This document shows, piece after piece, positions 11,191 through 21,996 of a DNA stretch of 64,000 bases (positions are counted from its first letter, which is position 1; the number at the start of each line of letters is the position of its first letter). Source of the stretch: Dromaius novaehollandiae (lineage: Eukaryota); assembly GCF_036370855.1 (NCBI RefSeq), contig NC_088128.1, positions 420,899-484,898 on the forward strand. The letters are read 5' to 3'. A model generated the notes under the pieces. It did no database searches. It saw only the letters and a list, made by a program, of their open reading frames with translations, and was not told the origin of the DNA. The position numbers were made by a program, and so were the translations under genes.

Positions 11191-14100
11191 GTGGCTTTTT
11201 CTAGGTTTTTGGGGGGGGCTTTTTTCCCCGTGGTTTTTTTGGCATTTTTTTCCCCCCGCGGTTGTTTTTTTTGGGGGCTTTTTTCCCCCCGCGGTTGTTT
11301 TTTTTGGGGCTTTTTCCCCCCGCGGTTGTTTTTTTTTGGGGGGCTTTTTCCCCCCGCGGGTGTTTTTTTTGGGGCTTTTTCCCCCCGCGGTTGTTTTTTT
11401 TGGGGGGCTTTTTCCCCCCGCGGTTGTTTTTTGGGGGGGCTTTTTTCCCCCACGGTTGTTTTTTTTGGGGCTTTTTTCCCCCACGGTTGTTTTTTTTGGG
11501 GCTTTTTTCCCCCACGGTTGTTTTTTTTGGGGGCTTTTTTCCCCCACGGTTGTTTTTTTTGGGGCTTTTTTCCCCCACGGTTGTTTTTTTTGGGGCTTTT
11601 TTCCCCCACGGTTGTTTTTTTTGGGGGCTTTTTCCCCCCCGCGGGTGTTTTTTTGGGGGCTTTTTCCCCCCACGGTTGTTTTTTTTGTGGCTTTTTCCCC
11701 CCGCGGTTGTTTTTTTTGGGGGGGCTTTTTTCCCCTGCGGTTGTTTTTTTTGGGGGCTTTTCCCCCCCGCAGTTTTTTTTTGGGGGGGCTTTTCCCCCCC
11801 GCAGTTTTTTTTTGGGGGGGCTGTTCCCCCCCGCGGTTGTTTTTTTTTTGGGCTTTTTCCCCCCGCGGTTGTTTTTTTTGGGGGCTTTTTCCCCCACGGT
11901 TGTTTTTTTTGGGGCTTTTTCCCCCCGCGGTTGTTTTTTTTGGGGGCTTTTCCCCCCCCGCGGTTGTTTTTTTGGGGGGCTTTTTCCCCCTGCGGTTGTT
12001 TTTTTTGGGGCTTTTTCCCCCCGCGGTTGTTTTTTTTGGGGCTTTTTCCCCCCCGCGGTTGTTTTTTTTGTGGCTTTTTCCCCCCGCGGTTGTTTTTTTT
12101 GGGGGCTTTTTCCCCCCGCGGTTGTTTTTTTGGGGGCTTTTTCCCCCCGCGGTTGTTTTTTTGGGGGCTTTTTCCCCCCGCGGTTGTTTTTTTGGGGGCT
12201 TTTTCCCCCCGCGGGTGTTTTTTTTTGGGGGGCTTTTTCCCCCCGCGGTTGTTTTTTTTTGGGGCTTTTTTCCCCCCGCGGTTGTTTTTTTTGGGGCTTT
12301 TTCCCCCCGCGGTTGTTTTTTTTGGGGGCTTTTTCCCCCCGCGGTTGTTTTTTTTGGGGCTTTTTCCCCCCGCGGTTGTTTTTTTTGGGGGGCTTTTTCC
12401 CCCCCGCGGTTGTTTTTTTTGGGGGGCTTTTTCCCCCCCGCGGTTGTTTTTTTGGGGGCTTTTTCCCCCCGCGGTTGTTTTTTTGGGGGCTTTTTCCCCC
12501 CACGGTTGTTTATTTTGGGCTTTTTCCCCCCGCGGTTGTTTTTTTGGGGGCTTTTTCCCCCCGCGGGTGTTTTTTTTTGGGGCTTTTTTGCCCCGCGGGT
12601 GTTTTTTTTTGGTGCTTTTTCCCCCCGCGGTTGTTTTTTTGGGGGGCTTTTTCCCCCCGCGGTTGTTTTTTTGGGGGGCTTTTTCCCCCCGCGGTTGTTT
12701 TTTTGGGGGCTTTTTCCCCCCGTGGTTGTTTTTTTTGGGGCTTTTTCCCCCCGCGGGTGTTTTTTTTGGGGGCTTTTTCCCCCCGCGGTTGTTTTTTTTG
12801 GGGGCTTTTTCCCCCCGCGGTTGTTTTTTTGGGGGCTTTTTCCCCCCGCGGTTGTTTTTTTTGGGGGCTTTTTCCCCCCGCGGTTGTTTTTTTGGGGGCT
12901 TTTTCCCCCCGCGGTTGTTTTTTTTTGGGGCTTTTTCCCCCCGCGGTTGTTTTTTTTGGCGGCTTTTTCCCCCCGCGGTTGTTTTTTTTGGGGGCTTTTT
13001 CCCCCCGCGGTTGTTTTTTTGGGGGCTTTTTCCCCCCGCGGGTGTTTTTTTGGGGGCTTTTCCCCCCCGCGGTTGTTTTTTTTGGGGGCTTTTTCCCCCC
13101 GCGGTTGGTTTTTTGGGGGGGCTTTTTCCCCCCGCGGTTGTTTTTTTTGGGGGCTTTTTCCCCCCGCGGTTGTTTTTTTGGGGGGCTTTTTCCCCCGCGG
13201 TTGTTTTTTTGGGGGCTTTTTCCCCCCCGCGGTTGTTTTTTTGGGGGCTTTTTCCCCCCGTGGTTGTTTTTTTGGGGCTTTTTTCCCCTGCGGTTGTTTT
13301 TTTTGGGGGCTTTTTCCCCCCGCGGTTGTTTTTTTTGGGGGCTTTTTCCCCCCGCGGTTGTTTTTTTGGGGGGCTTTTTCCCCCCGCGGTTGTTTTTTTG
13401 GGGGGCTTTTTCCCCCGCGGTTGTTTTTTTGGGGGCTTTTTCCCCCCCGCGGTTGTTTTTTTGGGGGCTTTTTCCCCCCGTGGTTGTTTTTTTGGGGCTT
13501 TTTTCCCCTGCGGTTGTTTTTTTTGGGGGCTTTTTCCCCCCGCGGTTGTTTTTTTTGGGGGCTTTTTCCCCCCGCGGTTGTTTTTTTGGGGGGCTTTTTC
13601 CCCCCGCGGTTGTTTTTTTTGGGGCTTTTTTCCCCCCGCGGGTGTTTTTTTTGGGGGCTTTTTCCCCCCGCGGTTGTTTTTTTTGGGGCTTTTTCCCCCC
13701 GCGGTTGTTTTTTTGGGGGGCTTTTTCCCCCCGCGGGTGTTTTTTTTGGGGGCTTTTTCCCCCCGCGGTTGTTTTTTTTGGGGGCTTTTTCCCCCCGCGG
13801 TTGTTTTTTTTGGGGGCTTTTTCCCCCCGCGGTTGTTTTTTTTGTGGCTTTTCCCCCCCGCGGTTGTTTTTTTTGGGGCTTTTCCCCCCGCGGTTGTTTT
13901 TTTTGGGGCTTTTCCCCCCGCGGTTGTTTTTTTTGTGGCTTTTTCCCCCCGCGGTTGTTTTTTTTGGGGGCTTTTTCCCCCCGCGGTTGTTTTTTTTGGG
14001 GGCTTTTTCCCCCCGCGGTTGTTTTTTTTGGGGGCTATTTTCCCCCCGCGGTTGTTTTTTTTGTGGCTTTTCCCCCCCGCGGTTGTTTTTTTTGGGGCTT

Positions 14101-14615
14101 TTCCCCCCGCGGTTGTTTTTTTTGGGGGCTTTTTCCCCCCGCGGTTGGTTTTTTTGGGGGGCTTTTTCCCCCCGCGGTTGTTTTTTTGGGGGCTTTTTCC
14201 CCCCGCGGTTGTTTTTTTTTTGGGCTTTTTCCCCCCGTGGTTGGTTTTTTTGGGGGGCTTTTTCCCCCCGCGGTTGTTGTTTTTTGGGGCTTTTTCCCCC
14301 CGCGGTTGTTTTTTTTTTGGGCTTTTTCCCCCCGTGGTTGGTTTTTTTGGGGGGCTTTTTCCCCCCGCGGTTGTTGTTTTTTGGGGCTTTTTCCCCCCGC
14401 GGTTGTTTTTTTTGGGGGCTTTTTCCCCCCGCGGTTGTTTTTTTTGGGGGCTTTTTCCCCCCGTGGTTGTTTTTTTGGGGGCTTTTTCCCCCCGCGGTTG
14501 TTTTTTTGGGGGCTTTTTCCCCCCGCGGTTGTTTTTTTGGGGGGCTTTTCCCCCCCGCGGTTGTTTTTTTGGGGGTTTTTTCCCCCCTGTTTTTTTTTTC
14601 TTGCAGCTTTTTCCC
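11190..14615. repeat. Highly regular tandem array of ~106 copies of the 31-33 bp unit GGGGGCTTTTTCCCCCCGCGGTTGTTTTTTTT. Each unit contains a G5/C5-6 hairpin (GGGGG-CTTTTT-CCCCC) and a CGCGG core
   Basis: The period-31 register is visible in the raw sequence (e.g. GGGG at 11467 and 11498). The ORF-track ORFs of 1187, 1259, 1343 and 448 (minus strand, lysine-rich) aa are artefacts of a stop-free repeat, because 31 is not a multiple of 3. Confidence 0.95.
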
Positions 14616-14619
14616 CTGT

Positions 14620-15293
14620 GGGTTTTTTCCTACTCAGGATGTGCTGCCCAGGTCTTTTTTGTTGTCTTTTTCATCTTGGCTGAGTATTCTCTCCTCACAG
14701 TCATGGCCTATGACCGCTACATTGCCATCTGCAGACCCCTGCACTACGGGACCCTCATGGGCAGCAGAGCTTGTGTCAAAATGGCAGCAGCTGCCTGGGC
14801 CAGTGGTTTTCTCAATGCTCTCCTGCACACTGCTAACACATTTTCAATACCACTCTGCCAAGGCAACACAGTGGAGCAGTTCTTCTGTGAAATCCCCCAG
14901 ATCCTCAAGCTCTCCTGCTCAGACTCCTACCTCAGGGAAGTTGGGGTTCTTGTGGTTGGAATTTGTTTAGTCTTTGGGTGTTTCATTTTCATTGTGCTGT
15001 CCTACGTGCAGATCTTCACTGCTGTGCTGAGGATCCCCTCTGAGCAGGGCCGGCACAAAGCCTTTTCCATGTGCCTCCCGCACCTGGCCGTGGTCTCCCT
15101 ACTCCTCAGCACTGTCATGTTTGCCTACCTGAAGCCCCCCTCCCTCTCCTCCCCATCTCTGGATCTGGTGGTGGCTGTTCTGTACTCGGTGGTGCCTCCA
15201 GCAGTGAACCCCCTCATCTACAGCATGAGGAACAAGGAGCTCAAGGAGGCACTGAAGAAACTCGGTCAGTTGGCACTGTTTCAGCAGCAGTAA
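14620..15293 (+). pseudogene. OR unit 1: 5'-truncated olfactory receptor (family 14 / gamma-c-like). Only TM3-end to C-terminus is retained (…SYSGCAAQVFF…MAYDRYIAICRPLHYG…KAFSMCLPHL…NPLIYSMRNKELK…*). The N-terminal ~95 codons are replaced by the 31-bp array
   Basis: Homology to the intact paralog (58116-59051) begins at ~14620 and runs to stop TAA at 15291-15293. No ATG or TM1-TM2 is present. The frame runs straight on from the satellite (ORF 11262..15293). Confidence 0.85.
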
Positions 15294-15504
15294 GCTGCCC
15301 ATCTCTCCTCACAAGTGATTTCCAAGCAATCTCTGGGAACATTTGTGGTTTGGGCATTCTCTCTGTGATGAACGTGTTTGTTCACAAATGTCTGAATTCA
15401 TCTCTCTTCTCCAGAGGTACAAACCCCGTCTCTCTGACCCAGAGGCCTTCCCTAAATCTACCGATCCCTGTCTCAGAGCTGGCCTCCCTTGCAGCATCTC
15501 TGTA

Positions 15505-15510
15505 ATAAAA
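15505..15510 (+). terminator. Candidate poly(A) signal AATAAA in the conserved OR 3' flank, ~213 nt after the stop. The same 'ctctgtaataaaagggg' is found after unit 2 (~23007) and, reverse-complemented, after unit 4 (~57908)
   Basis: The hexamer and its context are conserved in three of four OR units. Confidence 0.3.
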
Positions 15511-15602
15511 GGGGATTTCATCAGTACCCTGCCTGAAGGTTGGGCTTTTCTTCCAAAGCTGGGGCCAAAAACGTGCTCAGGGAATTGCACCTGAAAAGGC
15601 CC

Positions 15603-16432
15603 TGTTGCTGTGCCTGGGTTTTCCATGGGCTAAGGGGGATGTGCTCATAGGGTGATGTGTGAGGGAATGAGGGCTGGATTCAGCCCTCACTTGTGCGTGT
15701 CAGTGGCCCAGGAGAGGGTGAGTGCCCAAGCGGTGTCTGCTGGGGACTGTCTCAAATATTAGAGGGCTGGTGAGAGATGCCCATCCTTCTGCAAGGGAGT
15801 ATGGAGCCACCAGAAGAGCACAAGAGATCTCCAGGGACAGCATGTGCCTGGGATGGGCAGTGAGTGGAGACTCCCAAAGCCAAGTGGAGTCACCCATAGA
15901 TGAAGGGCCAAACCAAGGAATGCACCACATCAGGGCTCTGCAGTCTCAGGAGAGGCAGTGGGGACTCATCCAGCACAGGGAAGGCAGCCGCAAGAACGGT
16001 TCATGTCACATACAGTGAAAACCCATGGCTGGATCTAATGATGCACCTGACCCCATCCTGAGCCATTTGAGATGCCTTGTGATTGCTCTGAGCACCCTCC
16101 ACAGCCACAGACCCTGGGGAGCGGCTTGTCAGGCGCAGTGATGCTGGGCCAGCCGGGTCTGCCCTGACCAGCACGACCAGCGTGGAGTCACCCCGGGGCC
16201 CCACAGCTGCTCACTCTGCAGAGCAGCACCACCAGCCCGGGGAGCACAGCAGAGGGGTGCAGGAATGGCCGGTGAGGCCAGCACAGACACACTGATCAGA
16301 GGAAAGGCTCTCTGGAGAATAGGGATGTCTCTCGAGAAGAGCAAAGGAACAATTGTGGGCTTGCAGGGAGGAATTAATGAAAACCTGTTTCTATGTGTGT
16401 CAGCTCAGGACAGGCTGCTCTGTCACTGGACA
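15603..16432. repeat. Direct-repeat copy A (~830 bp) in the OR 3' flank. It has homologs within the window at 17396..~18260 (copy B, same orientation), 23105..23935 and 24898..~25760 (copies in unit 2), and, in inverted orientation, 33640-34700 and ~57000-57740
   Basis: Shared stretches include 'tgttgctgtgcc[tg]ggttttccatgggctaagg', 'tctcaaatattagagggctggtga', 'caaaccaaggaatgcaccacatcagggctctgcagtctcaggagagg' and 'tgctgggccagccgggtctgccctgaccagcacg'. Confidence 0.6.
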
Positions 16433-16589
16433 CTTTTACTAACCGAATCTATTCATTGTATCATATTTCCTCGTTCCTTCCCTTTCCTTTAAGCGTTTTC
16501 CAGTTTCCAACAGATGTTGAGTAACCTTGGTGTTCTGTCTGAGAAAGCTGTTGAGTTGATGGAAGGTTACTCCAAGTGGTACTGATATA

Positions 16590-16967
16590 TTAAATGGATC
16601 CAAACAAAGCCATCGTTTGTTCAGTCATATGAGAAGTTAACCAGTAAGTCTGCGTGGCGATTTGGTCAAAAACATAGGTCACATTACAACGGCTTTTGTT
16701 GCCTTCCATGTCTGTAGTACCCATCTCTATTGTCATAACCAGGTGCAGCTTCCCATCCCGTGTGTTATTACATATAGCTACCTTTAGAGTAACGTTAGAT
16801 CTTAGGGTCAGTGTAACATTATGGCCTACTATCAGTCCTTGACCTTGTGCTAATGATACAGATGGTATTTCTCTTGTAACTATAGTTTTAAAGATGGGTT
16901 GTGACTGATCTTCAATAACCAAGTTGTCCCATGGGCAACGTGAAAAGGCAGAACCTGTTAGAGGCAC
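16590..16967 (-). other. 125-aa ORF encoding a glycoprotein-like fragment with six N-x-S/T sequons (NVTLTLRSNVTLKVAICNNTRDGKL…NKSRCNVTY). It sits between direct repeats A and B and is of unknown origin
   Basis: The ORF lies within a ~960-bp insert (16432-17396). The extended minus-strand reading (…GSPIEKGVVSVAACIPAKTERKPYQSPGDEVVVKHPTQGSIWVTVLFYHGKGVRDAVD…) is broken by stops. I could not assign it to a known family. Confidence 0.25.
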
Positions 16968-17395
16968 ATTTCAGGTGTTTTTTTCCAGTTATCAGTGTCC
17001 CCACGGTTAGCAGCTAACACCACACTTCCCTGCAAGTGAAGACACCTAGGTCTTGGACATAATCCAAGCCTCATTTATGGTTAACTTGCTCTCTTCAGTG
17101 TCTACAGCATCCCGTACTCCTTTTCCATGGTAAAAGAGCACAGTCACCCATATTGATCCCTGAGTTGGATGTTTAACCACAACCTCATCTCCAGGACTTT
17201 GATAGGGTTTTCTTTCTGTTTTAGCAGGAATTCATGCAGCTACTGACACAACCCCCTTCTCTATGGGACTTCCTGTGGGAGTTTGTCGCTTATTTAGCCA
17301 ACTTTCTACTTCCCACAAATGGGATCCCCACTTAGAAGTAATCTAAAAAGAAGAGTCACTGTTGCTTCTGTCATCCACTCCATCTTTCTACTGCC

Positions 17396-18260
17396 TTGTT
17401 GCTGTGCCAGAGTTTTCCATGGGCTAAGGAACATGAGCTCACAGGGTGGTGTGTTAGGGAATGTCAGATGGATTCAGCCCTCCCTTGTGGGGGCCCAGTG
17501 ACCCTGAGGATGGTGAGCGGTAAAGAGGTCTCTGCTGCGGAGTGTCTCAAATATTAGAGGGCTGGTGACAGATGCCATCCTTCTGGAAGGGAGTATGGAA
17601 CCACTAAGAGAGCACAGGGCATCTCCAGGGGCAGTTTGTGCCTGGAGTGGGCAGTGAGTGGAGACTCCCCAAACCAAGTGGAGTCACCCAGAGGAAAGGG
17701 CCAAACCAGGGAATGCACCAAATCAGGGCTCTGCAGTCTCAGGAGAGGGAGTGGGCTGGGTCTAAGGACACACCTGAGCCATTGGAGATGGCCTGTGATT
17801 GCTCCAAGCATCCTCCACAGCCACAGACCCTGGGGAGGGCTTGTCAGGTGCAATGATGCTGGTCCAGCTGGATCTGCCCTCACCAGCACGGCCAATGCGG
17901 AGTCATCCCGGGGCCATACATCCTGCTTGCCCTGCAGAGCAGCACTGCCAGCCCAGCGCCCTGCAGGGAGCACAGGGCAGGGGTGCAGGAACGGCCAGAC
18001 CAGCATGGACACACACCTGGGGAAAGGCTCTCTGGGGAGCAGGGATGTCTCCGGAGAAGAGCAAAGGAACAATTGTGTGCTTGTGGGGAGGAATAAATGA
18101 AAACCTGTTTCCGTGTGTGTCAGCTCCGGGCAGGCTGCCCTGTCACTGGAGCTGCCTGAGGAGCCCCGGGGCCAGGACTCTTGTGCTGTGCTGGGGAGAG
18201 GGGCTGCCCAGAGGGGCTGCAGGCAGCCAGGGTTAAGGATCTCTGGTCGTGAGAGCAGGG
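17396..18260. repeat. Direct-repeat copy B (paralog of 15603-16432). It extends further than copy A at its right end
   Basis: See copy A. The stretch 18152-18260 still matches the inverted copy at 33830-33925, which copy A lacks. Confidence 0.55.
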
Positions 18261-19449
18261 GAGACATGGAGCGCCTGGCCTCCATTTCCTTGGGCCATTG
18301 CTGGCCCCCAGGTGTGGGGCTGATGGGGAGGCTGACACCCCTCTCTGCCCCCCAGCAGCTGCTGTGCCCTGCAGAGGGGCTGGGGCTGTGGGGTGAGTGC
18401 CCCGAGCTCTGCAGCCCCCTGCGGTGGGCACTGCTGTGGGGCCATCCCAGCCTGGTCTGCTGTGCTGGGTGGGCTGGGGAGAGGGCAGGGGAGGTGGGGA
18501 GAGCTGGGGAGGGTCTGGTCTGGTCTGGAAAGGGCCTGGGAGAGGCAAAATGCCAGCAGGCAGCTCCCATGCATGAATGGTGCCCAGAGCATGGGGAGGA
18601 AACTGGGGCAAAGACCCCTGCCCTCAGCTGCATGGCTGGGGCACTCGACAGGCGATGCCTTTGTGGGTGGCCAGGCTCCAGGTTCGGAGCAGATGCCAGG
18701 TCGAAGGCAGGAGCACTGGGACTGTGGTGAAGGCAAGTGGGCAGGCAGAGCCAGGCACACGCAGCTGCAAAGGCTGCCTTTGGAAAAGGCAGTGTGGGGC
18801 TGGTGAAGGCCCTCCCTCTCCTCCCCATGGGGAAGAGAGTCCCCAGGCAATGCTGGACTCTGCTTTGGCTGACAGGAAGGGAGCACAGGGCAGGGTGGAA
18901 GAGGCAGATGGAGCCTCTCCCGATGCATGAGGGAGTTTTCCAAAGCCCGGGGCTGAGCCAGGCACCTTTGGATCTTCCCCCCAACACTCTCCCAACCAGG
19001 CTCATTTTTCCCTGCCCTAGGTGCTCTCATCCCCCTGCCAGCCATGCCAGAGCAGAGGTTGAGGAGCAAGAGTTCATGGAGTGGCAGAGGAGTTTTGGTG
19101 GGAAGGGACCTCTGGAGGTCTCCAGCCAACCTCCCACATAAAGCAGGGCTGGTTGGAGCCCTACAGACTTCTCTGGTGATTGCTGGACTGTGCCTGACCC
19201 TGGTTACCATCCCCAAACCTGCTCTGCTCTTTTTTTCCAGGCACTGGGGGATGGCACCTCCCGTTGGGGCACTGTCCTGCCTGCCTTGCCGGCACCCTCG
19301 GCATTTTGAAGGGGCATGCTTTTCCTGTAGCTGTCATGCTGTATGTGCTGGAGACACCTCCTGTGTATTTGTGGGGTTCACAGGAGGGATCAGAATCCCA
19401 CTCCAGCCCAGGGGCTTCTAAACAGGCATGTGATGTCCAGATTGACTCA

Positions 19450-21996
19450 TCTGAATGAAAACCTAAACCATGTGTCAATGAACCCTTCTTGTCCCTGTCT
19501 AGGTGTCCTGCCTAGTTAAAAAATGGGAATTGGGGCTTTCAGAATGGGACATTTCCACCTATCATAGATAGCCATCCTCTGATGAAATAAATTGCAATGT
19601 TGGAATCAGTCTCTCTCCACTCTTTAGAGAAGGACTATAGGTGATTGTTTTAGTCTACTTCAGGGAACATTTCCCAGGAGGAGGGAGCACAAGGGACAGA
19701 GACATTCAGACCTTCAGCTTGGCCTCTGCTCCTGAGCGGGGCCAGGAACCTGGGATGGAGGGAGCTCATGGCAACCTGGCAGCACTGCCCAGACACAGCT
19801 GTGTGCAGGAGCAGCTCCTCTGCCAAGAGCTGCAGGGCTGCGGGCACTGCCTGCTGCTGCTGACATGAGATGAGAGAAGGCAGAGAGAAGTGGAAGGCAG
19901 TGTGGAGTGGGAGGCCAGAGGAGAGCTGCTTGTGGGAGAAATCTTCACAGCCCTGACACAGTAAGTGTCTGTCTGCAGGGCAATGCTACTGCAGTTCCTG
20001 GAGGGGTCTTCTGAACCCAGCCCATCCCATGACTGATAGTATTTCTAAGGATCGCTCTTCTGGCTTCTCCAGTGCATAAGCAGAGGAGGAGATGCTTCAG
20101 AGCAGGGATCCTGTGACACACTGTCAGAGGGGCAGGGCATGCTGCTCCCTTCTCCCAGGGACCCTGCAGGGGTGTGAAGCCGGAGCATGCACCCAGGTCT
20201 GCTCAGGGCTGCAGTTCAGAGCAGTGTCCCTGTCCCCCAGGGTGCTGTGTGCCCGGGGCAGTCACTCTGCCCCTATCAGGGTCAGCCCTCAGCCTGCCCA
20301 GGGAGCTCCCTATGGTGCTGCAGGACAAAGCTTTGGAGGAGGGGAGCACCCTCCAGCTTTTCAAGAGGAATATCAAGAGAAGGGCTACATGAAAGAGAAG
20401 GAGCTTCCCTTCTACTGTCTGTGCTTTCAGTTCCCTAATTTGGGCAGGGAGAATGAAAGAAAGACGTTTTGGGTTTTTTTTACAAGAAACTGTGAGTTCT
20501 AAACCATTACTCTGAGAGACTAACGGGTCTGTGAGAAAGCTCAGCAAGTCCCTTCAACTCCACCTCCAGCAGCACCAGCAGCACCTTTGTGGCCATGGTT
20601 ATTCCCTCCAATGCAGACACCGTCCTCTGAGCAAGCCCCCTGTGTCTGCCCTCCCACCCAGCAGAGCCTCTGTCCTGACAGCCATGGAGTCCAGGGCATG
20701 AGCTGCCTCCTCTGCAGCCAGACCTCTGGCAGAGGAGAGGGGCATCTCTCCTGCCAGGGGCCCATTTCATGGGGCCCAACAAAGGGGCTGAGAGCAACTC
20801 CCCTGCGATGTCATCATCTGTGAGGTGGCATGCCCATCTGTCTCTCTCTCTGTTCATCCCTTGGCAGCAGGTTCATGGTGTTGCTCCTTGTTTCCCCTCC
20901 TCTCCATGATGCTCCCGTTCTTGCTTTTGGGGTCCCTGGATTTGGAGGGTTTTCAGCTGCAGTTCTGACGCTGATGCTGCAAGTAGTGAAAAAGAGGGGT
21001 CTGCATGGGAATGAAGTTGCTCCAGCCCCCTTCTAGCCTGTGCAGCTCAGGAAATGCAGTCTATGGGGCTGGGAAATGAGCTGATCCTCCCTCATCTTCA
21101 GTCCTGACAGTCCTTTGACTGTTTCTCTGCGTTGTGCTGCCACACTGCGAGCTGCCCTCCAGCAGGGCACAGCTGTCTCGTAGCACCTCTGTGATACCTG
21201 AGAGACAAATGAAGAAGCTGCAGAGACGCTGAGAGTATGGAGACAGTGGTGGGAAGGTGTAAGTCGGCAGCTGGAAGGAACCCTGTGTGTCCTCGGCTAG
21301 AAGGGGAGTGTGAAGAACTCCCTCAGGTGCCCGGAGAAAGGGAGAGAAGTTTGGAGACCTGCACTTTGAAAGTGGACTCCTCTGCACTCAGCAGGGACTG
21401 ATTCTTTTTAGGGTAACACCATCCTCCAGCTCAAAGAGGTGTGAGCGCAGGACAGCTGGGAATGAGACTAATAGATAGATGAGATGTCTTCACTCTGCAA
21501 CAAGGAACAGTGGATGCTTTCTTCTCAGGACTCACAGTAGAAATGCCAAGGATTTCTACCTTTGAGGAACACTGCCCAGCGGTGACATCTAAAGGAAAAT
21601 AAAATCCCTAAAACGCTATTCCTCAAACCTCATCCTTTACAATTGGGAGTGAAGATGCTGAAAAGCCCTTCTACATGCCTAGTGGATTTCACTTGGCAGG
21701 AACTGTGAATGTCAGGGCTAGTCACCCCCATTCCCCCATTCTCACTGCTGCACAGCAGGATGGACTCCTCTTGAGACCACAGGCAGAGGTCCCTAACCCT
21801 CACAGCAGCACACTCAGCTAGTGCAAAGTGGAGCTCAAGCAAGGGAGCTGCACAATGATGCTCTCAGGAAAGAGAGAGGCAATGTGGGGGGTTGTATGGG
21901 AACTACAACAACTGGGGGTTTTTTTGTTTCAAAATTCTCCTGACTGCTCAATGTCTTTTCTTCTTTTGACAGTCCCCCATGCCTGTTGATACCGAA
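19450..21996. repeat. 5' flank of OR unit 2. It is homologous, in inverted orientation, to the 5' flanks of the minus-strand OR genes (36677-39550 and 59052-61200)
   Basis: ORF pairs: 19641..19868(+) vs 39167..39394(-); 19766..19948(-) vs 38844..39329(+); 20587..20823(+) vs 59948..60139(-). Confidence 0.7.
21957..21972 (+). promoter_or_regulatory. Conserved 3' splice acceptor (tcttttcttcttttgacAG|tcccc) 24 nt upstream of the OR ATG. This implies one or more upstream non-coding 5'UTR exons. Equivalent acceptors lie upstream of unit 3 (RC of ~36700-36720: tcttttcctcctttaacag) and unit 4 (RC of ~59075-59095: ccttttcctccttggacag)
   Basis: A polypyrimidine tract plus AG lies at the same distance from the ATG in three paralogs. 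Confidence 0.45.

Larger units (their letters stand above)
14620..19030. repeat. Segmental duplication copy 1 (OR unit 1 plus 3' flank). It is paralogous to 22122-27390 at a period of 7502 bp and is near-identical over most of its length
   Basis: ORF pairs at constant offset 7502: 15071/22573, 15309/22811, 16590/24092, 17319/24821 and 17636/25138. Copy 2 carries an extra ~860 bp (26080-26940). Confidence 0.85.

Noticed and set aside
11190-14615. Regular ~31-bp direct repeats, checked as a possible CRISPR array
   Set aside because: The units are contiguous with no unique spacers. The context is eukaryotic (introns, CR1 LINEs, OR genes, poly(A) signals), so this is not CRISPR.
11120-15293. Very long + strand ORFs (1187, 1259 and 1343 aa) rich in F/G/P/C (FFPPRLFFLG…) and the 448-aa lysine-rich minus-strand ORF (GGKKPPKKQPRGEK…) across the 31-bp array
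   Set aside because: These are pure stop-free translations of a 31-bp tandem repeat. 31 is not a multiple of 3, so all three frames rotate through the same unit. There are no start or splice context and no domain features, so they are artefacts. The last one only looks gene-like because it runs into the truncated OR.
15603-16432. Calling repeats A and B bona fide LTRs of an endogenous retrovirus
   Set aside because: Only one end shows a TG…CA-type terminus. The boundaries are not sharply defined and no target-site duplication was found. No gag, pol or env homology was recognised. The same segment is single-copy in the 3' flank of units 3 and 4, so it may simply be duplicated host flank. I kept it as a low-confidence finding rather than a mobile_element call.
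17554-19005. 483-aa minus-strand ORF (proline/serine-rich) and the family of 100-350 aa ORFs at 18113-19216 and 25056-26586
   Set aside because: They have low complexity and overlap ORFs on the opposite strand. They lie inside the duplicated OR 3' flank and repeat copy B, with no domain signature. These are chance ORFs in GC-rich sequence.
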